Shown here in pieces: positions 1-14,800 of a stretch of 64,000 nt of DNA. The stretch is taken from assembly GCA_040954595.2 (NCBI GenBank), contig CM082583.2:5080749-5144748 (forward strand), read 5' to 3'. Below the pieces are notes generated by a model. The model was given only the letters and a program-made list of their open reading frames with translations, was not told where the DNA came from and ran no database searches. The stretch comes from Balanoglossus misakiensis. Lineage: Eukaryota; Animalia; Hemichordata. The translations under genes and the position numbers were made by a program. Each line of letters opens with the position of its first letter. Positions within the stretch are counted from its first letter, which is position 1.

Positions 1-2713
1 TGCACTGTTACACTTCAAAAAAAAATCGAGATGAACTCATTTTATTGCTTCTGCAGTACATTTGGCTTCTGCACTCTATTAAAATTGCTTTTAATTTTGT
101 TGATGTATTTGTCCAATGAATTGAGTCTAGACGATATTTGCTTTGCTTTTGTAAAGTGTAAACGATCAAATTGCAATTTTGATGGTCTCCAACGGTTACC
201 ACAAAAAAGAAAACGGGAGCTGGGAAACACATTACGCCGTTTACATTGAATATGAAGGCGCAAACTCTACCAATGATAGCCCTCCTCTTGACTTACTCTA
301 CACGTCGGGGTGGTAATTTCGCAGTCATGACTCCTTTGCATTTTAATACAACTATGCCAGGGGTCAGCGCAAACCCATTGACCTTAGAAACTCAACTACG
401 CTTAAATTTTGCAGGGATTGACCCCAGAGATCAAAGCGGCATCGGGGGCCACACACCCCCGGAGCCGGAAATCGACATGTGTGGGGTCGACCGTTTAGAC
501 ATCGCAGACACCATATACACAGGTACAGGTAACTCGGTCTTTGTTGAACCGCGTGTCAAATGCTGCAACGACAGATCGCGAACGTATTAATTGACACTGT
601 ACGTTTCCTCGTGATTGTAGTAACCTCCCCAGACACAGAAATTCATATCTATTCATATCATAATCGGGGTTCCACGGCTCTTCTCGCGTATTTATGAGGG
701 ATTTACAGTTCGAAGCATAACTTGAATCTGGGGATTTTTTTGCGCGACTTAGATGCGACCTCGACAGACGTTTCAACGTCGACTTTGCCACGGAACACAG
801 TGTTAATGACGATAACTTCCCCCCTACCTTTAGCGATCGCGCTTTCTATCGGGTTCAAAGGGAAAAAAAACATTTTCACAAATTGAGACTAATTGTACCG
901 TAGTGTGCCAACAATTGACTTCGAAAAGCAAAGTCACCCGGGGTTGGCTCCTTTGTGCTGTGTCAACGTAATTAAAAAATTAAATTCGTCAACCTCTTAT
1001 TAAAGCACGGGTCGGGCCCGGATTCATGAAATTCAAGCGCCGCGCCTCTGAAATAATTTCCTTTCTCTGCCTTCTTATCTTATTCCATTTTTTTCTCTCT
1101 CTCTCTCTCGCTCAAAGCGGGATTCAGATGTTGGTAATGCAAGCAAATTACAAGGCCACTTTTCATAGGATCAGTCTTGCTGAGTGCTTTTAGCAATCAG
1201 CGCGGGGGCCTGACTGTGTAAATTAGCGGGGTGAACATTTCCTCTCCGAAATCTGATTTGATTGCGGTCGGGGATATCCTTTAAGGCATTGCGGAGAGCT
1301 AATCGGCGTCGGGCCGCGCTCGTATACAGAATTGATATCTCCGAAACCACACCCTTGTTTGATTCCCGTTTAACCGTCCCGGGTTATTTTACTTAAGCTG
1401 ATCGAAATCTCTGAAAAACGTCTAGTTTGCGTTTGATTCTTTTGCAAATCAGATTCGCGATATGTAATTGTTTGTGTGATTAAGTTCCTGTCTGGAAGAT
1501 TTCAGGGTGGGGAGAAAAAAAATCAAGCTCTCTATCACTGGTTAAACCAGGCACGAAGAATCGGGTCGTGTTGATAACAAAGAGGGGGGGGGGGGGGGTA
1601 GTGTAAGATGTGTTCGACCGAATAGTGTCGTCTCGTATTCACGTGAACACTATGTTCTTAAAACACGTACTATCGCGAATTGTCCATCTTTACCCTGTTG
1701 TGTTTAGTAATAGAAGATCAAAATATAAATGCGCTTGAATTGGACAAAGTTCTTCGCAAACAAAGCAAACCCCATGATACTTTTTCGTTCTGGGATGACG
1801 GAAAGTAACGAACAAAGGCCAGGGCGAATTTTAAATTCCAAACAATTTTCCACGAACGCGACACTCTAGGATTGAATGGGGCGCGACCGCGTCGACAGAT
1901 GTCTGCCCCCCTAACTAAATTTTCCAAGTTGGGATTTAGTATGCTTTTAATTTACTGAATGTTACTTCTTCTTGTGTGATCTTTTCACAGCATCCCAGTA
2001 TTTCATCCTCGCACACATGCGCACACACGTACACGACACCCGTCAAAAAGTCAAAAAGACGTCCTGATTCTCTGTAACAAAGATCGAAAGTGACAACTTT
2101 TGTCAAACTGTTTGACCCGTCATAAATAGCGGATATAAATTCATAAATTGATGACCTTTAGAAACGCTTAGTAGTTTCTTGTCATTCCATGAGAAATTTG
2201 CATTGCTGCCCCCATTCATCAATGTCGCGACACTGTCTGTAAGAAAACGTAACGGTTATTTAGTAGTACTTATCCCAATAAGGACGCAACATAAAAGTCA
2301 CTGCAACAATTTCGCATCTCTCAGCAAAGTTCACTTTGTTGTTTTTCGAATAGTTTCTCCCAAACGTCCTCTTCTCAAATCAACAGTATGAATATAACCA
2401 TCGAGGGATATCAATCTTGGCCACTCCCTTTTGCGTCAGAAAAATTAGAAGCACTCGGATAATTACGTAGTTGGTTAGGTTATTGTATTTATGCCATGGG
2501 TTTGGTGTAGCGTTGAGTTCGAGTTCCAGTACCATCGCCTTGGATGAGAGACATAAATCCACAAATTATACACACAAACAAAACTGGTGTATAACCTAGC
2601 AAAATAAAACAGCGTCGTCTCGCGGGCGGCCGTTATTTTCCCCGGAGACGGAAAAGTGACATTCAGTTTCAACTGAAAGCAAAATAATTCGTGTATGATG
2701 TAAAATTAACATC

Positions 2714-2736
2714 GGTGATGGTGGTGGTGGTGGTGG

Positions 2737-2812
<76 letters not shown>
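2714..2812. repeat. Compound trinucleotide microsatellite (GGT)6(GAT)20(GGT)5
   Basis: Read directly: GGT 2720-2737, GAT 2738-2797, GGT 2798-2812. Explains the poly-P/poly-S minus-strand ORF. Confidence 0.97.
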
Positions 2813-5800
2813 GGCCAGAAGTTCATGAAGATTTTGAAACATACATCAATTTGAAATTGAAAATAACGATGGCGAAAGCTCCCAATTTTTAAATAGTGGC
2901 AAATGTGAATGATGGAATTTTCACTCGACAGTTCAATCTAACCGTGACTAGCCTTTATTGAATGTAAATTCGTAGCATCTGCTAGTCATGGAAATACGCG
3001 TATCTGTATGAATGGAAAGCGAATTCCGCATTCTTGACAGGTTATCTAGGCAATCATGAAGAGGTGTGTTTTTATTTCAATGAAAGAAAACACGCATGTC
3101 CTAAAACGAAGCAGCAATGCTCGACACGAAATACATAAATATATGTATATGTACAAGAATGATCCAGCCGTGGCAATATTTCAGTTCCAAAGTGCGGCAG
3201 AATTTCGCCGCAGGTGACACCAGCAATCCTTTCAGCGCAAATAAAATTCAGGTGTCGATTACAGGAAATTCGGTTATGATTGTTCGGCGCGTATATTTCT
3301 CTCGGCTTGCGTGGGGCTGACGAAATGAAACATACTATGAGATGAAAGCCGTTTGATTGGATTCAAGCGCCCCCGACAAAGAAATGTATTTACTCCTCAG
3401 CTGTCGTGCAATTGAGTTTTCTGTGCGGGGTTAATCTTTTCTTCCATTGCTATAATAGTCGGGCTAACCGCCGCACAATCAAGCGACCACGATGTTTATA
3501 TCTGATAGTGGTGGAATAGGCCGCGCGTCTGTGAAGCCCCCTTTTCCAACACATACACATCGGGTGATTGGTACTGATAACCCCCGTAGTAACAAGATGT
3601 CTGTCTCTGATTCGTGTGTCGGCGGTGCGTTTTCCAGTTCGCTTCGATCATTTTTTTTTTCTCCGAGATACGCCAGGGGCATATTTTAGCGGACGAGAAA
3701 ACGAAACCCCGGATCCGCCATCATTTCCGCGTTTGTTGTAAAGCTTTAATGCAGTCCAATTCTCGCCCCCACCGCCGCTGCCTTCCTCACCTCGGAAATT
3801 CTCCCCAATTACGGAGGGCGCGAACTTTGCTCGCTGCCCCTTCACGCGTCTCACCCCCGGGCCAGCCCGATAAATTGATTCCGGCGACCCCGTTTCAATT
3901 TCGCTGCATCCAGCCTGTTGAACTCGGTCGCAGTGGCATCAAACGAATACTACTCTATACCTACCAGCAGTTCGAACCGTTTTAATACCCCTTCTCTATT
4001 GCAGCGCATATGCTGGAAATAGGGGCCGTTTAGTCTATTGTGCGGCGTAGAGGACAGTTTAACAATGTTCCATATTACATTCCGCTTACAAAGCAAGCTG
4101 CTTCTGTGTCCACGGTTTTAGTCTTTCGTTTAACAAATGTCCCAAAATAACCCCTTTCGTTAGTCACAGGTCAGTGGAGAAGAATATGGATTTGCGGGTG
4201 TGGGGAATGTCGTTTTTAAAGGCCGAGCTGAGGGGTATTCCTGTTGGTGTTTTTCAGCCTGGCTGTGTGTCCTCACACTGAGGGCACGCTCAGCTTGTTA
4301 ATAAGGGTAAGTATTGATGAGTAGGGGTCGAAGGTCGTGCTAGCTGTGTACATTAATAGCTAGCAGTTAACACATACGGTCTGTTTCCCGCCGCCCCTGT
4401 CTACCACTCCAGTGCAACCAGCTTTCCACGAGACTTGAATATCCGGGGCCAGCGCAGGGGTCGTGCCCTCATGTCGTCAGGCAAGCCCTCTCTCTGATTT
4501 GGGTCTCAACTTTCTACCGACTGTGTTTGGTATAACCGAGCTGGTGGCGATACCAGAGTGGAGCCGAGAGACGCCGAATAACAAGGGGCGACGACATCGG
4601 ACGCCAGCGCCGTGACTCGAAACGCAACGCCAGATCTCTCTCCCAAGGTGAGGGTCAGTCTTTTTTTTTCATTCGGTGTGCGAAAAAAACCCGGGGACAA
4701 TATCAAAGCTTATCTGAAATCACGCGATAAAATATGACAATAGCTTTAGTGGGGCAACGAGTGTCAAATGTCGGGTTCCAGCCCTTGAAAATGTTTACCC
4801 TTAGATTTTTTACCAGTAGAGCACGCCTGACTACTGCCCCATTAGTATAATGTGTCCGTTCCACCACTTTTTTACACCAGAAGAGTGAGTTTTCGACTCT
4901 GCTGTTTTCTGTGTATTTCTCGCGCGTGTGCCGTTGTGTGGAATTGCGCCATAAGTCGAGGTTTAAAACTGGTGTTCGCGGACGGTGACAGTGAGACCAG
5001 CGTTCTACCAGGAACACATGGAACCACTTTACCACCATTGACACCAACAACGCCAGCGCACAGTTCGCCATGAACTGGGCGTTCTCAATTTGCGAGAGAG
5101 AGAAAAAAAAAGCGCTTGGGTTTGACGTCAAAGCCCAGTGCTGATGCGCGGCTGTCGCTGCCTCGACCCGCGCGCCTTGGGTGCTTGTGCTGTGAACCTA
5201 CATTCGTTTCATCAGGGTCGACAGAATAAAAAAGATTACGTGGAGCCCTTTTCCGAAACGGTGCCAAATAGCCTTCGATGTGTGACGACCTCGAGCCCCG
5301 ATCACATACACTGAGAAAACAAAAATAACCCGTCGGGACACTGGTATCACAACTTTAAGTGGCAATTCTCTGCGTTTGTCTGTGAGTCAGCGATAATGGT
5401 TGCGTTTAACCCGACCAATCCCAGTTGTTAGAATGTCGGTTAACCTACATGTCAAGTTCTCGTGCAAAGTGCAGCGGCGTCATAACAGTCGTAGACTTGA
5501 ACTAAAAACATCGCCCGGCGAGTCAACCTCAAGGTTAACCGTGTCACAACCCGAACAACTGCTTTGCGGGCCTATTCATTCGCATGCGTAATTTTTTTTC
5601 TTTTTTTTGGGGGGGGGGGACGTGCCCCTGAATTGGCCCCGACCGTCAACCTATCTAGCGATTCGTTACTGATTCAGCAGGCCTCACTCTAGCGCATCAC
5701 ACATTGTCGACCCACACACCCTTGGGTGGAAGGACCAGCAGTTTTAACACGGAATAAATCTGTTGAAACTTGCCGTGCCTACTGGGGCCTTATTTTGAGA

Positions 5801-8800
5801 TCCCGCGTGCAACCTGCCCCCATTTCCTCAACAGACGCGGTTTCGTCTATAAAAATGCCCAAACCAATCAGAGACCTTTCAGTCGAAACCTATGAGTCAC
5901 CCAACCCCGCGTATATAGGGTCCAACTCATTATCGGGAGCCCCTTACCCCATTCCGGAATTTAGACACCCCTCTCTCTCTCCTTGTTGTTATGCAAGTCG
6001 CGTAGGACCATATCTACTAAAGGTTGAGGGCGATTACAAAGGTCGAATACGGACACCAAAAGTCTAGTCCCCTGCGAGCCCTTCTGTTATGTCTGAGTGG
6101 CCTCGTAAGGTGAACTATCTGCTGATGTGAGTTGCTCGAGTATAAAACTTTGCATGGCAGATCGTTTCCATATGTGTCTCGCAGTGGGTCACTTAACGGC
6201 ATGACCAGCCTTTTGGAAGCTGACAACTGGATGTGAAATCCATTTATAAAGAGCTGTTGAAATCATGTCAAAAGTTGAACCGCCGGGACCTTAGACTTTT
6301 TGGTATTTTCTGTTGTGACGGCTCCTCTATTGAGTTGTTTCAAGTTTGGACGGTTATAACATGGCATCCAGTGTAGGATGGTGTTAAATTTCAGTTCAAA
6401 AATCCAGGGTTGGGGAGAAGAAGGCGAGAGGACCATAAAAACGGCTCTGACGAGTGCGTTTATAGGAACCATGTCGACGTGTAACTGTTTTGTCAAGGCG
6501 AGACCACTGATAATTTGGTGGCGTTTACAACTATACAGTTGTGAACGATTGGCTCGCCAGAGATTCTTGGCCCACCAGAGACAGCAGTGAACTACAATTT
6601 TGGTGTGAATGTTCGCCCTGCAACGAGCATTTTCCCGCCAATGTAATTTTCTTTTGACATCTTGTATCTTCAAAGGAAGACGGATTTTCTGGGTTCTTTT
6701 GTTGCGTTGTTCAATTAGCTCTGTCAAAAGAAGTCGAAAAAGGCTTTCAAATTCAAGTTCTCCAACAGGAAAATCCCACTAGACATCTAAACGTGGGGGC
6801 ACGTGCATTACAACTTGATGAATGGAGCAACGATGATAGTGAAATATCTATGCAAATTTCGATTCTTGAATGTGGAGACAGACGACACATTGTACGAATA
6901 TCTTTTTTCATAACAGATATACATACACATATCACATGTCAGTTACCGTAATCCGCGCGGATACTATTATTGTCTATCCCCGTTGTTTATGCTAAACATT
7001 GTCTATTCGTTTTGTTAACGTGACTACTGAGGCTAATTACTATGGAAACCGGTCATCATGTGTGCGCTAAACTGCGCGACCTGTGCACAGCGCTCTTTTC
7101 GTAATTGTTAGAGTATTAACTGGCTCTTTATTGTCATTGTGGGCAGATACAAGGAAAACAATGCGAGTGGTATGTCCACATATGTCTGGCTTAATTAAGA
7201 ACTCGAAGCACGTCCCAGCCCAACCACATCACAATGGAAACAGATAACAAGTGTGATAAGACAGAAAAACAAGTGAATTTTTGGCGAATCGGGACAATCC
7301 GAACCGACAGAGTCCATGTAGTCGTCAACCAGTGGTTTGTAAATCCCCATTCATTCCGCACTTTCGGTATAAAATCAGGAAAACAACCGAAATGAAAGTG
7401 TACTGAACGGTTGTGTGAGCCATAAATTCAGCCGTAAACAACGTGATGCTATTCATAATCGGCGTGTTAGTTTGCGCGTGAGTGATTTTTGGCGGTTGCG
7501 GTAATAGTAATAGTTATCACAGCCAATGGCTCTGTAGGCTCCCCCCCCCCCCGACAAAATTGGGGCAGCGCATTTTTTTCCTGTAAAATTTTACACCGGC
7601 ATAAATTCGCTGCTGTCGACATTCTGGTCCGCAGTCGTAAAATATGAACGTGTCGGGTTCCATGGTGGCCGGCGTCCGATAGGTGTCGTGAAGTTAATTT
7701 GTCGACCAAGACCCCCCCCCTTTTTTTTGCAAAAGTCATGTATATAATGACTAATGTTCGGAGTGGCCGTGAAATTATGGTGTTTGGGAGACCATAGGGC
7801 ATGGTAGCTTGGCAGTCCGCGCAAAACAGCGAGTGACGGGGTTAGGTACCAACTGCAGATGTGTTGATCATAGAGGACAGCAGTGTGGAGGTGGAGCGCA
7901 ATAGTCATCTATCAAAATGAAATATATACCGCGTCATATATTAATAAAGAGTGGGGTTTTGCGCCCTCACGACGCTTTGGCTTATCAAAGCGCGGAAAAA
8001 ACAACGAAACCTAACACCGAACGCTGTGTAGCTAGCACAACTTCGTTGATTTGCACCGAGCTTGGAAAAGGGCCATCCCAATAAGTCCTCCTGGGGCGAC
8101 ATATTACATTTTAACAGAACCATTTAAATAAATCGGAAAAAAGACATTTCAATCACAACAGAACCATCTCTCCTTTTCTAATGTTTCCCGCACATTTCTG
8201 TAAAAACATCCCAACAAAATTCACCTCAGAGGAATACACGTATAGCGGGTATCAATCGACGCATGCGCAAACGTTGTTTTCCTGTCCAGAGGTTTTGGTG
8301 ATTATCGGATCATGATCATTGAACTACCATTTCTGTAGTTTGGCGGTGAATGTAATTTCAAAACTACCAGTACGGTCTTCAAAATACCTAAACCAATCTT
8401 TGGCATCAGTCTGTACTGAAGTATTACTAACCAGCGCTTGCACCATAACAATTAATATGACATGAACTGTATTTTAATTAGTTTACGTCTTGAAGTGACT
8501 CAAAAGCGCAGCCACAAATGATGAGTGCGAAAATTGGGGGGGGGGGGAGTGGAGAGTCTAGTTTTGATTTTTTGGAATCTTGGTCTTTCTAGCGCCGAGT
8601 GTCAGGTTGTTACTCCCGGACTCTGCAGCTGGGCCCATGTTCAGATCAAAATGACAACGAAACGGGCGAACGCTGACCCATCTGTGAATAGGAGTATGTG
8701 CTCATACACGCCGCGACACTCAGAAATTAATTGGGTTAAGTTCGGTTAAAACTATAGATTGAATGGTGCGAAAACGAATCAGGAAGGTTAGATAGATAGC

Positions 8801-11800
8801 GCGGGTGATTGTACCACGTGACGAGAAAATTTGAAGAAAAATAAACCGCGATGAACGGTGTTTGTGCGTGCTGAAAAGTGAAGTGCACAATGCCCGGATG
8901 AAGGTATACACGTCGTTGACACGGTAGTATTGTTTCCTCTCTAGGTCTCATATTACGGAGGTAACTCGGCTTGATGCAAAACCCTAGAATTATTGAATTA
9001 GCAGTGAAGTGCCTGAGAGCGGTGCTTGACAGAATGGTCTCTCGCCGACAGGTTTATACATAGGGATCGCGTGGCTGCGTGGTGCGTGCCTTTTACAGCC
9101 ATCCGTCTTGGGCATGCGCAGGTATGCATAGGGCAACGAGAGACAGTTCGCGCGTTGAAATGTTATAGCGGGACCCTTTGTTTGCGGCGGCAACGCAAGT
9201 CGGCTCAGGTACGAAAACAAAATAAACACTTGTCAAAAAGTTTGCTCGATTCTGAGAATGCCCGACGACAGCGGAAATGTTGAGCGACTGTCTAAATCGG
9301 CGCAGACACCAAAACCAAACAGACACTTTGGGTGACCTTGCTTCTTGGTGTTAATGCAGCAAACACCGTAGATTTCACGAAATTTTGCCTTTTCACATAA
9401 AAAATAATGATTTGGCTGGAAAATTATTTCCTTTAAAAATGGCCAAAGAAAGATTCAATTTCAAGGTAACGGTGTATGTCAACGTTACACTGCGCATGAT
9501 CACAGTTTCTTGGTGGAGGCATTTATGACATCACAGCCACTGATGTATGGGAATGTTCCAGGACAGTTTGACAGTCGATCACATCATGATAAGAGAGAAT
9601 ATATCCCTATAAAGCTTACATATCATAATGTATTAATATTCGTATAACTTTGTTGAGATGATGGTTGCAAATTGAATTTTAAAAAGCGCCAACTATCCAC
9701 AATTTGCGATGCGCATCGTCTTACAAGAAACCTCCCTATCTGCGCATGCGGAGAGTCATGTGTATTTTGATGGAATAACATCATGCGCGCGATACGCTTG
9801 TGATTGCTCTGTGAGCCAATTCCTCGTCCGGGGTGCCCGAATCAGTGCATTTCCTTTCAACACCGAGAAAGCTACTTCATCACAAACGGGTCACGCCGCC
9901 GATCAGGCGAGGACATGCCACGGGTTTTATCGCTCGCGATCAAATCTGTTCGATCAAACATAATCACAGTTGACCAGATAAGATCAAAATATTTCATCCG
10001 GGTTAAAGCAATCCGCTGACGTCATCCAACACCGGCGACACTGTCGTCGCCGAAGATGACACGGCGGCGACAGCGCAATTTGAATCAGTCGCCGCCAAAA
10101 AGAAAACATGAAATAGTTTCTGCGTCAATATCATGCAGTACAGACGCAGCCTTGAGTCGTCGGATGTGGATTTTCCCAAATCAGAAACGCCTCAACTCAG
10201 GCACACGTAATTGATGCATGTGTCTCCTTCATTTTTACTTTAGGGTCGGTGACGTGCTTGACCCGTTCGCCACAAAGAAAATTTCCCCAATTATATAGAT
10301 CATGCGCATTCAACTAGAGCTCCAAGCCCCAATAGTAGTTTTTTGTTGTTGAAATATTAGAATAACCGCAAACTAGGCTAGACGGACCCCACTCATTAAT
10401 TTTGTCGATATCGTTTTCGTGAAATCAAGAATCTCGCGCGGCTTTGCGACAGGTATATACGTACTATACAGAGATGTGCGTCAGAAAATGTTCTGCGGAC
10501 TTTCCGGAAAATAACAAAAATACTGAGAAAATAGCCCAAAGTTGGAGTTACTGGAGCTAATAACGCGCTAGCATTGCTGTACAAAACGGTGTGCGTTTAA
10601 GTTCGGTATTTGTTTTACCAATATTTAAGAATACTCGCATAAATAAGACAATCATGGTGTTTTGTCCCTGGGTTCGCCATAACTGGAAGTACTCAAATTT
10701 TGAAAGATTCTTTATAAAGCAAAAAACATGATTTACACGCCTTTTCCACCAAAAGACCATTTAGAACAACATGATTCCGGGGTTTATTGTGTGACACGGC
10801 TGATTATTTTTCTCGTGTTGTAAACCCATTTCCCATAATTCCTTAATCCACCAGCTCTCCATTAAGCTGACTAATGCAGCTAAGGCATTTAAATCTCTGA
10901 AAACCAATAGCTAAACAAAATAAGGTCACCCGGCCGCAAATAATATCTGGAACAGTCTTTAGATACCCAAGCAAACCTGTTTTCGAGTTGGTGACCCAGA
11001 TCATGTCAAAATAGAGCAATAAGCTTCGGGATAAAATCGAAAAAGGGATTGTGTTTTACACAGCTCTTCGATGATTGGCGTGGTGTATCGATTTATCATA
11101 ATTTGTTTTCTAGCATAATCAGGAGCGGCTTGAAAGACAAATATTGCAGCGAGGCGAGAGAACGCCGATCGATTAGAACAAGAAGCCATCACAGAGAAGC
11201 CTGTGTCTTTGGGATGCAAAATTTTTGAACGCTTTATGTTATGAAAACTACCGTACCTGTCTGCGTGTGGTATTTCTACTATTTCGGAGTTACTGAAACC
11301 ATAGCAAAACGACCACTTTTCTGCTAGTGTTTTTTAACTAGGGCCGACAAAAACAAACCACGATATATTTACAGTGCCCATTTCTTGTTCAGCACTGAAA
11401 AGTGCCACGATATCAAGGACATGCTCTAAATGTTTTTTTTTTTTTTTTGCCGAAAGCCTGATATCGCGTGGTCGTTACCCCGCCTTTCGTAAAAAACGGC
11501 GCGATTCTTTTCTGGTGTCGGGTGAACTGTTTATTTTCATTTCGTTCCGCGATCCTTGTCCTTCGACGGCTTTCCCTACTGGTTGCTATAATGAGCCAAA
11601 TATTTTGACACAGTCACCCCTGACCCGGCAATACCCAGAAGAAATCACGAGAAAAATATGTTGTGAACCACCAGGGCACACGAGGGACCCTCTCCGTCAT
11701 TTCTCTCAATCCGAGGATACAACGTCAAACGCTGGGGTTATCGCATGGAAAACAATTGAGACTGTTTTTATTAGAAAATGTATCTTTGATATAGACGATT

Positions 11801-14800
11801 CGTTCTTTTCGTCTCTTTTTATCTAATTTTAATATTCTTTGCTTTTCTGACATTGCGTTCTGAAAACAAGCGGCGGTGTATTTGAAGAGAAAAAAAACGA
11901 AAGTCATCATGGCTCCGATTGGCTGCGATCGCCGTCAACCACTGGCAGCTGCCTTCAGTCAAAGATACCGAGAAAGCGCCACGCGAAATATCCCCACAGC
12001 CGCCAGCGGTTTTTGTGGTCGGATCGATAGAGAAACGTTTGAAACGGTTAAAGCAATTAACGTCTATAACTTTTGATGAAGTTCAATTGACGGAGGGATC
12101 GACCGCCACTCTCTCGCGGCGGATACCATCCCCGATTCTGCGGTCAGCCCCGCATCAGCGATCGCCGCAAGAGCCTGTGATGGGTATTTGCGGCGTCGCT
12201 GACTGAACCAGAACAGACGGGATATGATAGCGCCCGAGGGTTCCGTGTTAACCGATAGAATATCACGATACAGACCAAACAAGGACTTGCGAAGAGTGAG
12301 TGCAGCCGATCTGCAGCGAAAACGTGTTGATCGCACCTGTTTACATCCTCTTCGTATGACGTCACGAAAAAGAAAGAACCCCCCCCCCCTCCGCGAAGCT
12401 AAAGCGTTAAGATACGTTTACTGAACTCGTACACAGAAATCTAACGGAAAATGACGATTTTCTCTGACACAAGCACAACCCTTAAAAACTAGTTCCACTC
12501 GCCCCTGACGCACGATATCAACCACTTTCTAGTCAGTTTACCGAGGAAATAAACGTTCAACAAACAAACGATGGAAACAGTGAGCGACGTTCGAAACTCG
12601 GAGACGATAAAAGAAATTTGTACCAAAATTCTCTTTTTCTCAAGTATATGTTGGATACAAAATACACATTTTGATTATCATTCGACTGTGCAGTGGAGTC
12701 ACGAATGTTGCTTTCGAAAAATGGAACATGTTATTACATTACAGTGGTTGCGCTCGCGAGAACAACAAACAGTGGAGAGCAGATTTTCCAGTTGATATTT
12801 CAGCTAAATTACATTAATTCCGGGTACAGGGTATCTTCAGATAGAATGAAGCAAAAGTACAGAGGAACATCCCTATGGTAACGTCTTTAAACCAAAAGTT
12901 GATCATGCTGGCGTGCCATAGAACCAATAGGAACGGCGCTTTGATCTGATCGGTAGATTGAGTCTCTCACCCGATCGGCTGCACTAATCAACCCCGAATC
13001 ACTCGCGAGTGAATATCGTTTCCTCCGCTGCGGCGGGTAACTCTTGCAACCAAGAGATGATTGGGAAGAATTCCTGATAATTAGATGAAGGAACGTATCA
13101 CCACGAAGATCAAAGTCACTCTGACCGAGCCACTCAAGGTCCAGCTGATCTTGAGATAAAAACAAAACAAAACAGAAACGCCCTAATTTCAGCAATGGAA
13201 TATTTTCTTATTACCGCTGTGTGGATGCATTTCTTGTGTGCTTAATGTATTCACAGAGATTTATCACACCGTATCGATGAATTTTTAGCCAGCAGTGGTG
13301 AAGTGGAGCGCCATCGTTTCTGATTTCGCCCAGGGCTACGAAAGCTCTGTAGCGGATATGTTCTGCTAACGACTTAGCCCGCGGTCCAATTAAAGCTAAC
13401 AATTTCTATAACCTGTGATCTTCTCCGACTGGATTAAAAGTCAAGTCAGCCCACCTTCGCATGCGCATTTTGGGAAAATCCGTCTCCGGTGTCTTCGCTC
13501 TGCCCGCAGGTTCCCTTCGTGACGGAGACGGTTTTCGGGACGCACCCAGGCTCACGTTACGCAGAATTGTGATACACGTTTCCCTTCTGGGCGAAAAATT
13601 CTCACAGCATCTATCTCTGTACCTGGTGAGTATGATTTCTCTCAGAATCCCTGTCTCCTCAGCAAGTCGCTCGGTCGCCCAACTCTCCACAATAAGGAAC
13701 GCAACTGGGCATAGTTGTACTGCAGTTTGAATAACTTTTTGGTATCGTACCAAGATTTCTTGTCATGTCGTTTTCAACTTGGTCTTTTCCTCCCTAGAAC
13801 AGACGCATTCGCTTCACGTCACTAACTGTAATGTCCTCGCAAAGCCACGCTGTTCGCTAAACGACTTACGCGTTGAGCGGCAGCGTATCCCGTCACTATG
13901 GCAACCGGACTAGTGAAAGCAAGCGTGCTGGGTGGATCAATTCACGTGTTTCACGTGCAAGGTGTCCACTTGTAGTAAAGCTGCAAAAGTGCAAAGTCCG
14001 CTTGGTCGTCAGCATTATGGCCGCTGCGTTGTCGTTCCACGACGGGAGAAAATGTTAGGGACCGGCGCATCTTTTCCGCCGTTTTCGTCGCACCTGTCCC
14101 TATTACGGCAGCCAGCACAGGTTTGTTGGTTTGGTTTTACTTCTGCTTGTACTCCGATGTGGGCATTGATCGGAAAGAATCTGTGTCGCTTAAAATGTGG
14201 GTGCCGGGTTTGCCAGACCTAGCACGTCATAATTAGAGCGTTTTCCCCCGCTAGGTTGGGACATCCGGGGTAACAGAAGTCATAATTCCCGCCGTCATGG
14301 TTATAGCTACGTAACAACAAAGTGACGCTGAATCGAGAAGCGTTACTACTTAGTATTCAGGTACCACCACGCACAGCAAGAGAGAAGTCGGAGAGACATC
14401 AGTGTGTGTTGTGACTCTGGCTTTGCAGGACGCACTGACAAGAAATACCATATATATAGCGGCCGGGAAGTCTTTGATTGAAAGGCCCATTTTGAATCTT
14501 AGATACAATGGCACTAGAATTGGATTGTTTATTTGAAACCTTCGCAGAATGGAATAACATGCCATTTTATTTTCGCGGGTTGCGTTTCACGAGACACGAA
14601 CTAGCCAGTGAAAATAACAAGAAAGTGTATCGATGATGGCGATGTGCCAACAACGCCGAACCTGTTGTTCAAGCATCGTTCAGTAACATACGCGTACATG
14701 TATAAACAAGTTGTTTGTTCGCGTTCTCAGTCGTGCGCAGACGACGCACCGTGGGTGTGCAGTTCACACTGTAAACTAAGACGCCTCTTTTTACAAGATC

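Noticed and set aside
2596-2826. Poly-Pro/Ser ORF
   Set aside because: Translation of the GGT/GAT microsatellite.
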